Positions 27,470 through 37,645 of a DNA stretch of 64,000 nt are shown here, one piece after another. The notes under the pieces are model-generated. The model did not search any database. It saw nothing but the letters and a program-made list of their open reading frames with translations, and was not told the DNA's origin. Positions within the stretch are counted from its first letter, which is position 1; each line of letters opens with the position of its first letter. Both the position numbers and the translations under genes were made by a program. The stretch spans positions 2,572 to 66,571 of the forward strand of contig SVAS01000002.1 of NCBI GenBank assembly GCA_015059285.1. The letters are read 5' to 3'. Source of the stretch: Bacillota bacterium. GTDB lineage: Bacteria > Bacillota_I > Bacilli_A > RF39 > UBA660.

Positions 27470-28375
27470 TTATATTTTATTTATAGCATCTTTTATTATA
27501 TCAATAGATTTTTGAAGACGTCCTTCTTCTGATTTATTTAATTTGACGTATACTTTTTCACGGACTCCATTTGCATTAATAATAGCAGGAAGACCCACAA
27601 AAACATTATTGGTCTCATCATAAGTAGAAACTGTAATAATACTATTTTCATCACCTAATATAGCATTAGTAATTCTAACTAAACACATACCAATACCATA
27701 GTAAGTGGCTCCTTTTCTATTTATAATATCATAAGCTGCATCTCTTACATCTACATATATTTTATCTAGTTCTTCTTCTGTTAAAAATTCTTTAATATTT
27801 TGTAAACCTACACTAGCATTACTCCAAGGAACAAATTCACTATCACCATGTTCTCCTATTACATATGCATGAATATTTTTTGGATTTACATTAAGTTTAT
27901 CTCCTATCATATATCTAAGTCTGGCTGTATCTAAACTAGTTCCAGAACCAATAATTTGATTATGAGGAAGATTAGAGTATTTCCAAGTTAAATAAGTCAT
28001 GATATCTAAAGGGTTTGTTGCAACTAAAAAAATACCATTAAAACCACTATTCATAACTTCAGTTATAATACTTTTAAATATTTTACTATTTTTATGAATT
28101 AAATCCATTCTTGTTTCTCCAGGATTTTGATTAGCTCCAGCTGCAATACAAACTATTTTAGCGTCTTTACAATCACTATAATCCCCTGCTTTTATTTGCA
28201 TTTTAGTAGGAGCAAAAGCTAAACAATGATTTAAATCCATAGCTTCACCTATAATTCGTTCTTTATTTAAATCAATTAAAACTAATTCCTGTACGTTACT
28301 TCTTTGATTTAAGAGTGCATAAGCATAACTCATTCCTACATTACCACAACCTATTATTACTACTTTATTATTCAT
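27470..28375 (-). CDS. ldh: L-lactate dehydrogenase
   Basis: VVIIGCGNVGMSYAYAL Rossmann motif, IGEHGDSEFVPWS catalytic His motif, LDTARLRY. Confidence 0.85.
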   Translation of the reverse strand: MNNKVVIIGCGNVGMSYAYALLNQRSNVQELVLIDLNKERIIGEAMDLNHCLAFAPTKMQIKAGDYSDCKDAKIVCIAAGANQNPGETRMDLIHKNSKIFKSIITEVMNSGFNGIFLVATNPLDIMTYLTWKYSNLPHNQIIGSGTSLDTARLRYMIGDKLNVNPKNIHAYVIGEHGDSEFVPWSNASVGLQNIKEFLTEEELDKIYVDVRDAAYDIINRKGATYYGIGMCLVRITNAILGDENSIITVSTYDETNNVFVGLPAIINANGVREKVYVKLNKSEEGRLQKSIDIIKDAINKI

Positions 28376-28480
28376 ATTATCACCATTTTTATTATATCCT
28401 ATTATTTTATTTAATACAATTATTCAAAAAAAATAAAAAAGTATAATCAATGGATTATACACTTATATATATTAATTTGA

Positions 28481-28822
28481 CTATTTCATAGCTATAAATA
28501 TAATAAAAGAAATTAAATCTATTACCAATATTATAACAAAGCATACCCCAAGCCATTTTGATGCATTAAGAACTGATCCAGTTAGTTTTTCAGTGTTACT
28601 AACTTTTTGTATAACTAAGTTAGTTATATCATTATCAGTTAAATTATCTAAACTAATTTTAAATATTTTAGATAGTTCTTTAGCTTGTTTTATATCTGGT
28701 GATGTTTCATTAAGTTCCCATTTTGATATTGTTTGCCTTGTAACCCCCAATTTTTCTGCAAGTTGTTCCTGTGAAAGATTTGCCTTTTTTCTTAATTCTA
28801 AAATTTTATGACCTATTTCCAT
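28481..28822 (-). CDS. XRE-family HTH regulator with C-terminal transmembrane anchor
   Basis: LSQEQLAEKLGVTRQTISKWE HTH. C-terminal hydrophobic helix. Confidence 0.6.
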   Translation of the reverse strand: MEIGHKILELRKKANLSQEQLAEKLGVTRQTISKWELNETSPDIKQAKELSKIFKISLDNLTDNDITNLVIQKVSNTEKLTGSVLNASKWLGVCFVIILVIDLISFIIFIAMK

Positions 28823-28926
28823 AATATATCTCCTTTCACTACAATCTTACATTTAAAACTTTCATACTTCTACCAATTATAGTTTGAACATACGCAAATT
28901 TTTTTAACATTTTAAAAAATTATTTG

Positions 28927-29826
28927 TTAGGGGTTGTATATTTTACCATTGGTGTCTTTTTGTATTTCATATCCATATTCAAAAATATATGACATACTAA
29001 ATATAATTAATATTTCTAAAATGCTTATTAATTCTATTGGATTTTCTGAAGAAGATATTCCAACTGCTAAATTAAAAATAATTCCCGAAATAGGTGAAAT
29101 AATAATTAAAGCAATAATTAAATAAGAAATTTTTTTGATAAAAGCCACATTATCTAAAGTAAAGGGGGTTATATTATTTTTGATATTATTGAATAATTTT
29201 TCAACGTAACTTAGTATAATTATCATAAGAATAATATCAACTAGTAGAAAAATCATACCTATTTCAACATAACATACTATCTTAAAATTAGAATTATCCA
29301 AAAACATTTGAACAACTTCATTTTCTAAAATATCACCATCAAATTCACCAATTATTACATCATATATTTTTATCTTGTTTTTATCAATTATTTTGATATT
29401 TTCTGTTTTAAAAATTATTTCATTATTTTTAACTTCTACATTATTAACTATATAAGGAACTAATAACATTGTTAATATAATAAATGGTATTGCAACTTTT
29501 AAAATAATAGAGCCTATTTTCCCTATCATTTCAATTATAGTACTTAATATCTTTACTTCTTTTTGTTTTTTTTCATTAAACTTAACTGCCTTCATAATTA
29601 TTTCTTCATCTAACGAAGTAATATCGCTCATATCATTATGAACCAAATCATTTATTTTACAATTAAAAATTTTGCACAATTCTAAAATATTATTCATTTC
29701 AGGATATGATTCACCATTCTCCCATTTTGAAACTGATTGTCTTGTAACATTTACTTTTTCAGCTAATTGTTCTTGTGACATTTTTTTATTTTTTCTTATT
29801 TTTCTTAAATTATCTCCAAACTTCAT
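28927..29826 (-). CDS. XRE-family HTH regulator fused to multi-TM membrane domain
   Basis: MSQEQLAEKVNVTRQSVSKWENGESYP HTH, followed by several TM helices. Confidence 0.55.
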   Translation of the reverse strand: MKFGDNLRKIRKNKKMSQEQLAEKVNVTRQSVSKWENGESYPEMNNILELCKIFNCKINDLVHNDMSDITSLDEEIIMKAVKFNEKKQKEVKILSTIIEMIGKIGSIILKVAIPFIILTMLLVPYIVNNVEVKNNEIIFKTENIKIIDKNKIKIYDVIIGEFDGDILENEVVQMFLDNSNFKIVCYVEIGMIFLLVDIILMIIILSYVEKLFNNIKNNITPFTLDNVAFIKKISYLIIALIIISPISGIIFNLAVGISSSENPIELISILEILIIFSMSYIFEYGYEIQKDTNGKIYNP

Positions 29827-29981
29827 TAGACTTTCTCCTTTCTTACTTTAAGTTTAGTAATCTATTTAATTATTGACAACCTATTTTGTGTTGCTTTTTA
29901 TATTTGCAACTAAAACATTACATTAATATTATAACACGAAAAAAACCAAATCTATTTATAGACTTGATTTATAAAAACAAA

Positions 29982-30650
29982 TTAATTATTACTAATTTTT
30001 TTCTTTCTAATCACTATAACACTTATTAATCCAATTAAAGAAATTACTAACAAGATAATACTTGTTCCTACATTATCATTCGTTTGTGGATTTTCAGGTG
30101 AGGAAATAGACGATGAAATTATTTCCCACTGTGCATAAAATGTCCTATTGCTATCAATTCCTGATTCAGCTAAAATAAGTTCTAATTTTGTGCCACCAGT
30201 CTTTTCTGTATAATAACCCAAAAATTTATAACCTTCTCTAGTAGGTGTTTCTAATGCACTTTCCATTCCTATTTCCCATTTTTCAATAGTTAAAGTATCA
30301 CCAGTTGTAAAATTCCCACCATTTGCATCAAATATAACTTTATATTTTTCATTGTTAAAAACTAAAATTGTGCTGCCTATTGAAACATTATAATCCCCTA
30401 AAGTCCTTCCGTTTTCCATTTCGTTATCGTCAAATATTAATTTTTGATTTTCAGGTAAAAAACTATTATCTAATTGATAGATTTTTTCTTTTACCGCTTC
30501 TATTGTATCAGATGATTCCACTTCTAAAGTTATTTGTCCTATAGATGGTTTTTGTACAACTATTTGCATAGCACTTATTTTTGGTATATAAATAAATACA
30601 AAGAAGAATATAATAAATGGGATTATTTTATATTTTTTCACATTAATCAC
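29982..30650 (-). CDS. Secreted protein predicted to be anchored by sortase B (NPQTN motif): signal peptide + ubiquitin-like domain (about 45% identical to eukaryotic ubiquitin) + Listeria/Bacteroides (Flg_new) repeat + NPQTN sorting signal
   Basis: The mature N-terminus MQIVVQKPSIGQITLEVESSDTIEAVKEKI...QKLIF...ENGRTLGDYN...ST aligns with ubiquitin [30 protein letters not shown]...QRLIF...EDGRTLSDYN...ST. Then KVIFDANGGNFTTGDT...YKFLGYYTEKTGG. C-terminus ENPQTN + hydrophobic stretch + RKKK. Confidence 0.55.
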   Translation of the reverse strand: MINVKKYKIIPFIIFFFVFIYIPKISAMQIVVQKPSIGQITLEVESSDTIEAVKEKIYQLDNSFLPENQKLIFDDNEMENGRTLGDYNVSIGSTILVFNNEKYKVIFDANGGNFTTGDTLTIEKWEIGMESALETPTREGYKFLGYYTEKTGGTKLELILAESGIDSNRTFYAQWEIISSSISSPENPQTNDNVGTSIILLVISLIGLISVIVIRKKKISNN

Positions 30651-30793
30651 ATCCTTATTCTGTTTATATTATAACACAAAAAATCAAATCTATAATAACT
30701 CTATTTGAAAACATTAATTTTATCTTTATTTTTTATAATATTAAATATAAATACTTGATAGTACTTAAAAGTCTAAGCTAACTTTTAAAATCA

Positions 30794-32137
30794 TTAATAC
30801 TCAAATAAGGTATATCCATCTGAACTATAATATTGAATTGTATCATTATATTTACAATACTTACCATTATGTGGCTCAATAATAACTTTATATATTTTCC
30901 CGTCAACTATTTCAGCTCTAAATTCACATTCTTGAACATCATTCATAAATACACCAAGATCAACATTAAAATCATCATATTCTGCTTTTGTTACTTCTTT
31001 GCTATAAGAACCATCTACACGATAAATTATGTAAATACCTTCTTGTTTGTCTTCTTTAATAGTATTATTTTCACAAAAACTTCTAGTCTTCACAATCTGT
31101 TTTTTGCCATAAATATCACTACTAAGAGCATCAACTATATTTTCAACAGTTGTTTCTTCAAAAACAAATCCATTTTTATCTAAATATATGAGATTTGGAA
31201 TTTCATCTACTTTTAATAAATTTATAGAAGTTAAATCAAACCTATAATCATTACAATTCATTGTGGTACTATAATAAATATTTTTTGAAAGGTATTCATC
31301 ACCATCTATAAATTCTAAATACTCAACCCCATTTACATACATATAATATGTAGGATTTCTAAATAATCCTAATTCTACCTCACTTTTTGTTTTTAAACCA
31401 AACTTATTTAGTACTCTAGCAATTCCATCTAAATTAGGAATTATATTATCATATTTTGTTAAATATTTAGCCATGCCTTTTGAGGTAATAGAAAATCCTA
31501 CCAACAAATTTTTTTTAATATAACATTCAAGTTCTTCGCCAACTAATACACACTCATATATTTTTCCATAATCTTTATCTTGTTTTAATTCATTCCATAA
31601 TTTTATACTATATTTTTCCTTAGAACTTTGTTTTTTTATTTTGTCGTTATTAATAACTTCATTTAATAATTTCTCGCCTTCCTGTTTATCAATTACCTCT
31701 ACTAAAATATGTTTTTTATCACTAACAAAAGAAAAATTCTTATACACTTTCACTTTAGCTTTATTAACATTATATTTATGTTCTTTTAAATAATTATAAA
31801 TATAATCAACAGAATCAATTAAATTCTTACCAATTACATTCAATTCATCATATACTTTTATACAATCATCATTTAAACAGCCCACTGATATAACTTTATT
31901 GTCTCTTACTTCTAACACAAATTTAGGATTTATTTCTAAAAAAACATAGTTAATTTCTTCTGTTTTTAATTCTTCTAATTTACTAGTTATTTTTTCATCA
32001 TTAATCTTCATTAATTGTTTATTTATTAGATTAAATATGATAATAGCACTTATTATACCAACTATTAAAAGAAAAACATATTTTTTTGAATTCTTTTTTT
32101 GATTGGTGTTATTATTTTTTTTCACAAACCAACACAC
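30794..32137 (-). CDS. Membrane-anchored (N-terminal TM) large extracytoplasmic protein of unknown function
   Basis: 447 aa, single N-terminal TM, no recognisable motifs. Confidence 0.35.
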   Translation of the reverse strand: MCWFVKKNNNTNQKKNSKKYVFLLIVGIISAIIIFNLINKQLMKINDEKITSKLEELKTEEINYVFLEINPKFVLEVRDNKVISVGCLNDDCIKVYDELNVIGKNLIDSVDYIYNYLKEHKYNVNKAKVKVYKNFSFVSDKKHILVEVIDKQEGEKLLNEVINNDKIKKQSSKEKYSIKLWNELKQDKDYGKIYECVLVGEELECYIKKNLLVGFSITSKGMAKYLTKYDNIIPNLDGIARVLNKFGLKTKSEVELGLFRNPTYYMYVNGVEYLEFIDGDEYLSKNIYYSTTMNCNDYRFDLTSINLLKVDEIPNLIYLDKNGFVFEETTVENIVDALSSDIYGKKQIVKTRSFCENNTIKEDKQEGIYIIYRVDGSYSKEVTKAEYDDFNVDLGVFMNDVQECEFRAEIVDGKIYKVIIEPHNGKYCKYNDTIQYYSSDGYTLFEY

Positions 32138-32290
32138 TCACTTTCAAATTATGATTTATCTATCAGTTACATTATAACATATATTTTGAAAAAAATTAGA
32201 GTATTGCAATGACAAGCTTCTAGGTTATATAAAAGTTTGAGCAACACTGTATATGGCTTATGATAAAAGTTAAAAACTAAATTTAGACAA

Positions 32291-32316
32291 GCAAAAAAGC
32301 CTATTTATAGGCTTTT
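32291..32316 (-). terminator. Rho-independent terminator after rpsI
   Basis: AAGCCTAT-TTA-TAGGCTT hairpin followed by a T-run on the minus strand. Confidence 0.5.
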
Positions 32317-32338
32317 GAAACATTGAAATATGTAATTC

Positions 32339-32749
32339 TTAACGTTTTGAGAATTGTGGTGCTCTACGAGCTGCTTTAAGTCCTGGTTTTTTACGTTCTT
32401 TCATACGTGCATCTCTAGTAATAAATCCAGCTCTTTTTAAAATTGTTCTAAAGCTATTTTCACTACCAGCATTTGGTGCATCATATTCAAGTAAAGCTCT
32501 AGCAATACCTAAACGAATAGCTCCTGCTTGACCAGAGAACCCACCACCGTTAACTTTTACTTCAATATCAAATGTATTTTCTGTATTTGTTGCTACTAAA
32601 GGTTGTTTTAAATCCATTACATTAGTTTCATATGGGAAGAATTCATTTACATCTACACCATTAACAGTTATTTTACCTTTTCCAGGTACCATTCTAACTT
32701 GTGCTACAGAAGATTTTCTTCTACCAGTTCCAATATATAATTTTTCCAT
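32339..32749 (-). CDS. rpsI: 30S ribosomal protein S9
   Basis: [26 protein letters not shown] ... C-terminal KR-rich tail ending RAPQFSKR. Confidence 0.9.
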   Translation of the reverse strand: MEKLYIGTGRRKSSVAQVRMVPGKGKITVNGVDVNEFFPYETNVMDLKQPLVATNTENTFDIEVKVNGGGFSGQAGAIRLGIARALLEYDAPNAGSENSFRTILKRAGFITRDARMKERKKPGLKAARRAPQFSKR

Positions 32750-32760
32750 TTAAAACCCTC

Positions 32761-33195
32761 CTAGTCCATCTTTAGCTCAGTTGGTTTTTGAGCCATATGT
32801 GGATGATTTTCTCCTTCATAAACAAATAATTTTTTATACATTTGACGTCCTAAACGACCTTTTGGAAGCATTCCTTTAACGGCTCTTTCAACCATTTCAA
32901 CAGGATAATTTTCCTTCATAACACGTGCTGTTCTTTCTCTTAATCCACCAGTGTATCCACTATGATTGTAGTAGATTTTTTTGTCTAATTTGTCACCAGT
33001 TAAATTAACTTTTGAAGCATTAACTATAATTACATTATCACCACAATCAATATGAGGTGTAAATGTAGCTTTATGCTTCCCGCGAAGAATATGTGCAACT
33101 TTACTAGCTAAACGACCTAATGCAATACCATCAGCATCGATAACATACCAGTTACGTACAACTTCTTCTTTTTTTTGCATATAAGTATTTTTCAT
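32761..33195 (-). CDS. rplM: 50S ribosomal protein L13
   Basis: [21 protein letters not shown] matches the L13 N-terminus. Start moved to the internal ATG with GAAAGGG RBS. Confidence 0.85.
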   Translation of the reverse strand: MKNTYMQKKEEVVRNWYVIDADGIALGRLASKVAHILRGKHKATFTPHIDCGDNVIIVNASKVNLTGDKLDKKIYYNHSGYTGGLRERTARVMKENYPVEMVERAVKGMLPKGRLGRQMYKKLFVYEGENHPHMAQKPTELKMD

Positions 33196-33350
33196 ATTTT
33201 TTTCCCTTTCTTTTTTATATTTTAAGTAGATTTTCCCAGGATCCACTTAATGGGATTTATAAAATGTACCAGTTAAAATTGTACTAAAAAACTCAAAAAA
33301 AGTCAATGTTTTTTATATCTTTTCTTAAGTTTATGCAGTTATTTTGTCAA

Positions 33351-34148
33351 TTAATCTAATATTTCATACTTAATCAAAATAAATTTATTATTTTTCTTTT
33401 CAAAAGTATAAGAATATTTGATTGACTTTTCAGAATATTCTTCATAATTGGCTTCATATTTTTTAATTATATCATCAATAGATAGTTCTGGTTCATTTTC
33501 AAACAAAACTGTACTCTCATCAGACATTACAGAACTGTAAGCTGTATTTAAATTATTAATAAATAATTTGTTTACTGTTAATTTATATTGATTATTACTG
33601 ATGGTTAAAGACAAAGGTTTATTATAAGCAGCCCCATAAGCGAAAGTTGACCCACCATGTCCTGGATGATTAACTTTTTGATATATTCCAGTCTCTTTAT
33701 TATAAGATATAAGTGTTTTTCCACAATCACAAATAATATCTTGATGGTCTACTTCCTCATCGCCAAAAACTTTTAAAAACAACTTCTCAATCTTTTGCTT
33801 AGATACTCCTTTAGAAAAATCATTAGTATCATTTAAATGAAAGTAAGCATACGTTAGCTTTTTTTGAATATCTATTTCTTTAAAATCTAAAGTCATTTTA
33901 AATTGATCAAAAATGTTCAACTGATAATCACTAATAATAGTAAGTAAATAATCGGTTGTTATTTGATTATTCTCCTTTGAAACACTTTCTAATTCTTGTT
34001 CCAAAGTACTATTGTTATCCATGGTTTCATGTGTCTTTAAAAATGATTTTATTAACAAAAAACTTTCTACACCTATAATTATTACACAACAAATACTAAT
34101 TATCATTTTACTTACTTTATTCATACTACTCTCCTTTATAATATACAT
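33351..34148 (-). CDS. Membrane-anchored hypothetical protein
   Basis: N-terminal TM (MIISICCVIIIGVESFLLI). The true start is likely the internal MNKVSK. No motifs. Confidence 0.35.
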   Translation of the reverse strand: MYIIKESSMNKVSKMIISICCVIIIGVESFLLIKSFLKTHETMDNNSTLEQELESVSKENNQITTDYLLTIISDYQLNIFDQFKMTLDFKEIDIQKKLTYAYFHLNDTNDFSKGVSKQKIEKLFLKVFGDEEVDHQDIICDCGKTLISYNKETGIYQKVNHPGHGGSTFAYGAAYNKPLSLTISNNQYKLTVNKLFINNLNTAYSSVMSDESTVLFENEPELSIDDIIKKYEANYEEYSEKSIKYSYTFEKKNNKFILIKYEILD

Positions 34149-34866
34149 TACTTAAATATAGACCATTAGGTAAAGCTGTTATTCCCGCTTCTTTTCTATC
34201 TTTTACTTCAAATAACCTTAATACTTCTGATGGTTCTTTTTTTGATAATCCTATTTCAATTAATAAACCAACCATATTTCTAACCATATATCTTAAGAAG
34301 CCATTACCAACAAATTTAATAATTAATATATCATCTTGTTTATTAATTTCTGTTTTATATATAGTTCTAACATAAGTTTCTTTATTATCTTCTGGTGTAG
34401 TAAAAGAACTAAAATCATGTTGACCTTCTAACAAATACAAAGTTTCTTTTATTTTGTCTATGTTTAAAGGCTGATTACATTGATAAACATAATTTACTTC
34501 TAATGGATTATATTCTCCAATATTAATTTTATAAATATATTCTTTTTTTATAACATCAAAACGAGCATGAAAATTTTCATCTACTTCTTCAACAGATTTA
34601 ATATATATATCTTGAGGTAATAATGAATTTAGTGAATGCTTAATTTTAGAACATTCTAATCTATTATTTAAATCAAAGTGGGCTTTTTGATTTAAAGCAT
34701 GTACTTTGCTATCTGTTCTTCCAGAGGCATGTATTAACACTTTATTATTACTATTAATTTTAGTTAAAGCATCTTCTATAACACTTTGAACAGTAATTAA
34801 ATTAGGTTGTTTTTGATAACCATTATAGTTAGTTCCATCATATGAAAATGTCATTAAATATCTCAT
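34126..34866 (-). CDS. truA: tRNA pseudouridine(38-40) synthase
   Basis: FSYDGTNYNGYQKQ...HASGRTDSKVHA catalytic Asp motif. Confidence 0.85.
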   Translation of the reverse strand: MRYLMTFSYDGTNYNGYQKQPNLITVQSVIEDALTKINSNNKVLIHASGRTDSKVHALNQKAHFDLNNRLECSKIKHSLNSLLPQDIYIKSVEEVDENFHARFDVIKKEYIYKINIGEYNPLEVNYVYQCNQPLNIDKIKETLYLLEGQHDFSSFTTPEDNKETYVRTIYKTEINKQDDILIIKFVGNGFLRYMVRNMVGLLIEIGLSKKEPSEVLRLFEVKDRKEAGITALPNGLYLSNVYYKGE

Positions 34867-34879
34867 ATATACCTCTTTT

Positions 34880-35629
34880 CTATAAGTATCTATAAATAAC
34901 TAACACTAATATAGTTAAATGAATTAAAACCATATAACTATCAAAGAAATGCCATTTATTAATTCTAAAATTTGTTCTTTTAGCATTAACACTATAAAGA
35001 CGTACTGTCATAGCATCTGCTAAATTATCAGCTTTTTTTAAAGTAATAATAAACATAGGTATAATCATTGCTTTAATTGCAATAAATTTTCCTTTTAAAT
35101 TAGAATTATAATAATCAATACCTCTACTAGCTTGAGATTTTAAAATTTTATTTCCTTGATCAATAATAGTAGGAATAAAACGAAGCGCTAAAGAGATAGA
35201 TAGAGCCATTTTATTAACTGGAATTCTAATTATTTTAAGTGGCGCTAATAACAATTCTAAACCATATGTGATTTCTGTTGGTGGTGTTGTTAATGTTAAT
35301 AAAGTTGTATAAATGACTATTAATATTAATCGTAACATAGTCATAATTGTAGTAATTTTATCTATTTGAAAAATTAAGTTTATAATTAATATAAATAACA
35401 AAATATATTTTAAGCTAAATATACTTTTAAAATATATTCTTCTAGGTACCTTAGACATTTCTGCCATTAAAATAGCAATTAAACCTAACAAAATCATTAG
35501 TTTTATATCATTACATATAAATATCATAATAATAAATGATAGAGTACAAATTATTTTGGATAAAGGATGCATCAAATGAATTTTAGATTTTTGTTTATAA
35601 TATCTACCTAATACAAAATTATTTAGCAT
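34880..35629 (-). CDS. ecfT: ECF transporter T (transmembrane) component
   Basis: Polytopic membrane protein in the conserved ecfA1-ecfA2-ecfT-truA arrangement downstream of rplQ. Confidence 0.8.
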   Translation of the reverse strand: MLNNFVLGRYYKQKSKIHLMHPLSKIICTLSFIIMIFICNDIKLMILLGLIAILMAEMSKVPRRIYFKSIFSLKYILLFILIINLIFQIDKITTIMTMLRLILIVIYTTLLTLTTPPTEITYGLELLLAPLKIIRIPVNKMALSISLALRFIPTIIDQGNKILKSQASRGIDYYNSNLKGKFIAIKAMIIPMFIITLKKADNLADAMTVRLYSVNAKRTNFRINKWHFFDSYMVLIHLTILVLVIYRYL

Positions 35630-36467
35630 ATCTATATATATCCTTTATCAAGTCATTTATATCATCACGATATCCAATTTTTATATTTTTATTTTCTAAA
35701 ACTAATTTTTCAAATTCAATGATTTTTGGTGGAATTAAACCATAATTTAACAGTTCTTCACTCGTAAATACTTGATATTTATCTCCTTCTAAGACTAGTT
35801 TACCATTATCTAAAACAAAGATATAGTCACTAATTTGGTGCAATAAATCAACATCATGAGTAATAACAATAATTGTTTTATCATACTTTACTTTTAATAA
35901 TCTAATTAAATTAATAAGATTTTTTTTACTTGAACTATCTAAACCAATTGTAGGTTCATCTAAAATAACTACCTTAGGATTAAAGGCCAAGACAGAAGCG
36001 ATTGCTACTTTACGCATCTCACCACTACTTAGTTTAAAGGTATCACGATTTAAGTAGCTGTCATCTAATCCTACCATATTTAAAGCTTCAATACATCTAT
36101 TATCAATTTCATCTGCTTTAATATCAAAATACTTCATTCCAAATTTTATTTCATCTTTAACCTTTAAATTAAAAAATTGTTCTTCAGGAAACTGAAATAC
36201 TAATCCAATATTAACTCTTAAATTATTAACATTTACAATTTTTTTATCTTTTTGAATGATAAATTCGTCCACTTTAATATTTCCACTTGTTGGTATTAAT
36301 AAAGCATTTAAAAGTTCTACTAGAGTAGTTTTTCCACTTCCACTTCTACCAATAATACCATTTATTTGCTTTTCTTTAATAGCTAAATCAATATTACTTA
36401 ATGCTTTTTTCTTTATTGGTGAATTAGGATTATAGGTATAACTAACATTATTAAATTTTATTTCCAT
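35619..36467 (-). CDS. ecfA2: ECF transporter ATPase A2
   Basis: Walker A GRSGSGKTT, ABC signature LSSGEMRK, Walker B ILDEPT. Confidence 0.8.
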   Translation of the reverse strand: MEIKFNNVSYTYNPNSPIKKKALSNIDLAIKEKQINGIIGRSGSGKTTLVELLNALLIPTSGNIKVDEFIIQKDKKIVNVNNLRVNIGLVFQFPEEQFFNLKVKDEIKFGMKYFDIKADEIDNRCIEALNMVGLDDSYLNRDTFKLSSGEMRKVAIASVLAFNPKVVILDEPTIGLDSSSKKNLINLIRLLKVKYDKTIIVITHDVDLLHQISDYIFVLDNGKLVLEGDKYQVFTSEELLNYGLIPPKIIEFEKLVLENKNIKIGYRDDINDLIKDIYRYAK

Positions 36468-37264
36468 ATTTCATTCACCATCTCATTCATATCAAATATT
36501 AAATGGTCTATTAAACCATAATACATTAGTTTTATTGATAGAGAAACCATAAAAGGTAATTCTAAATTTAGTTTATTAAACGTTTTTTCTTCTAATAAAA
36601 CTTCTTCTTTAGGCCCTTTTAATATGATTTTTCCATCATCTAACAAAAGAATTTCTTCTCCATATAATATTTCATCCATATCATGTGTAATATTAATAAT
36701 AGTCATATTTTTGTTTTCATGAATATCATCTAAGATATTATATATTTGTTTCCTAACTCTTATATCAACCATAGTGAGTGCTTCGTCTAAAATTAAGATT
36801 TTAGGTTCATGAACTAAAGCAGAAGCAAGGGATACTAGTTGTTTTTCACCACCACTCAAACTATGAGGTTCTCTTTCTAATAAATGACTTATCCCTACAT
36901 AATTAGCTATTTCTTTTACTTTTCTTCTTATATCTCTTGGTTTCATTTTTAAGTTTTCTAATGAGAACGCAATATCATCCATAACTGTTTCAGCTATAAA
37001 TTGATTATCTGGATTTTCAAAAACTATTCCTATCTTTTTTCTTATTTCTTTCAAATTTTCTTTATTTAAAACTAAGTCATCAATTTTTATTTCACTATCA
37101 CATTTTAGTAACCCTAAAAGTATTTTTATTAAAGTGCTTTTACCACTACCATTTTGTCCAATAATACTTATAAAAGCGCCACTTTTAATTTGTAAATTAA
37201 AATTTTCAAAAATTATTTTATCATCATATTTGAAATTTAAACCTTTTATATCAATAATATTCAT
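36458..37264 (-). CDS. ecfA1: ECF transporter ATPase A1
   Basis: Walker A GQNGSGKST, signature LSGGEKQ, Walker B ILDEAL. Confidence 0.8.
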   Translation of the reverse strand: MNIIDIKGLNFKYDDKIIFENFNLQIKSGAFISIIGQNGSGKSTLIKILLGLLKCDSEIKIDDLVLNKENLKEIRKKIGIVFENPDNQFIAETVMDDIAFSLENLKMKPRDIRRKVKEIANYVGISHLLEREPHSLSGGEKQLVSLASALVHEPKILILDEALTMVDIRVRKQIYNILDDIHENKNMTIINITHDMDEILYGEEILLLDDGKIILKGPKEEVLLEEKTFNKLNLELPFMVSLSIKLMYYGLIDHLIFDMNEMVNEIWK

Positions 37265-37405
37265 AATATCGCCTCTACATTTATATTATATTGGTTTTTG
37301 AATGAAAAAACAAGACTAACATAAAACAGAAAGTACACCAATTAGGAGTAAAATTATATATTCACTTTTAAAATGCTTTAAAATATGAGAAGAAGTGAAT
37401 AGAAG

Positions 37406-37636
37406 GTGTATAGTAGTATGATGTTAAGAATTAAAGATTTACGTGAAGACCATGATTTAACACAACAAGAGGTTGCTAAAATATTAAATTGTGCCCAACA
37501 AACTTATTCAAAATATGAATTAGGACAATTAAAAATAGATATTACTAGTCTTATAAAACTTGCGGATTTTTACAATGTTAGTTTAGATTATATAGTAGGA
37601 ACAACAGATAAAAAGAAATTTAAAAATAAACAGTAA
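37406..37636 (+). CDS. Small XRE-family HTH transcriptional regulator
   Basis: LTQQEVAKILNCAQQTYSKYELG HTH. Confidence 0.55.
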   Translation: MYSSMMLRIKDLREDHDLTQQEVAKILNCAQQTYSKYELGQLKIDITSLIKLADFYNVSLDYIVGTTDKKKFKNKQ

Positions 37637-37645
37637 TTACACTGT

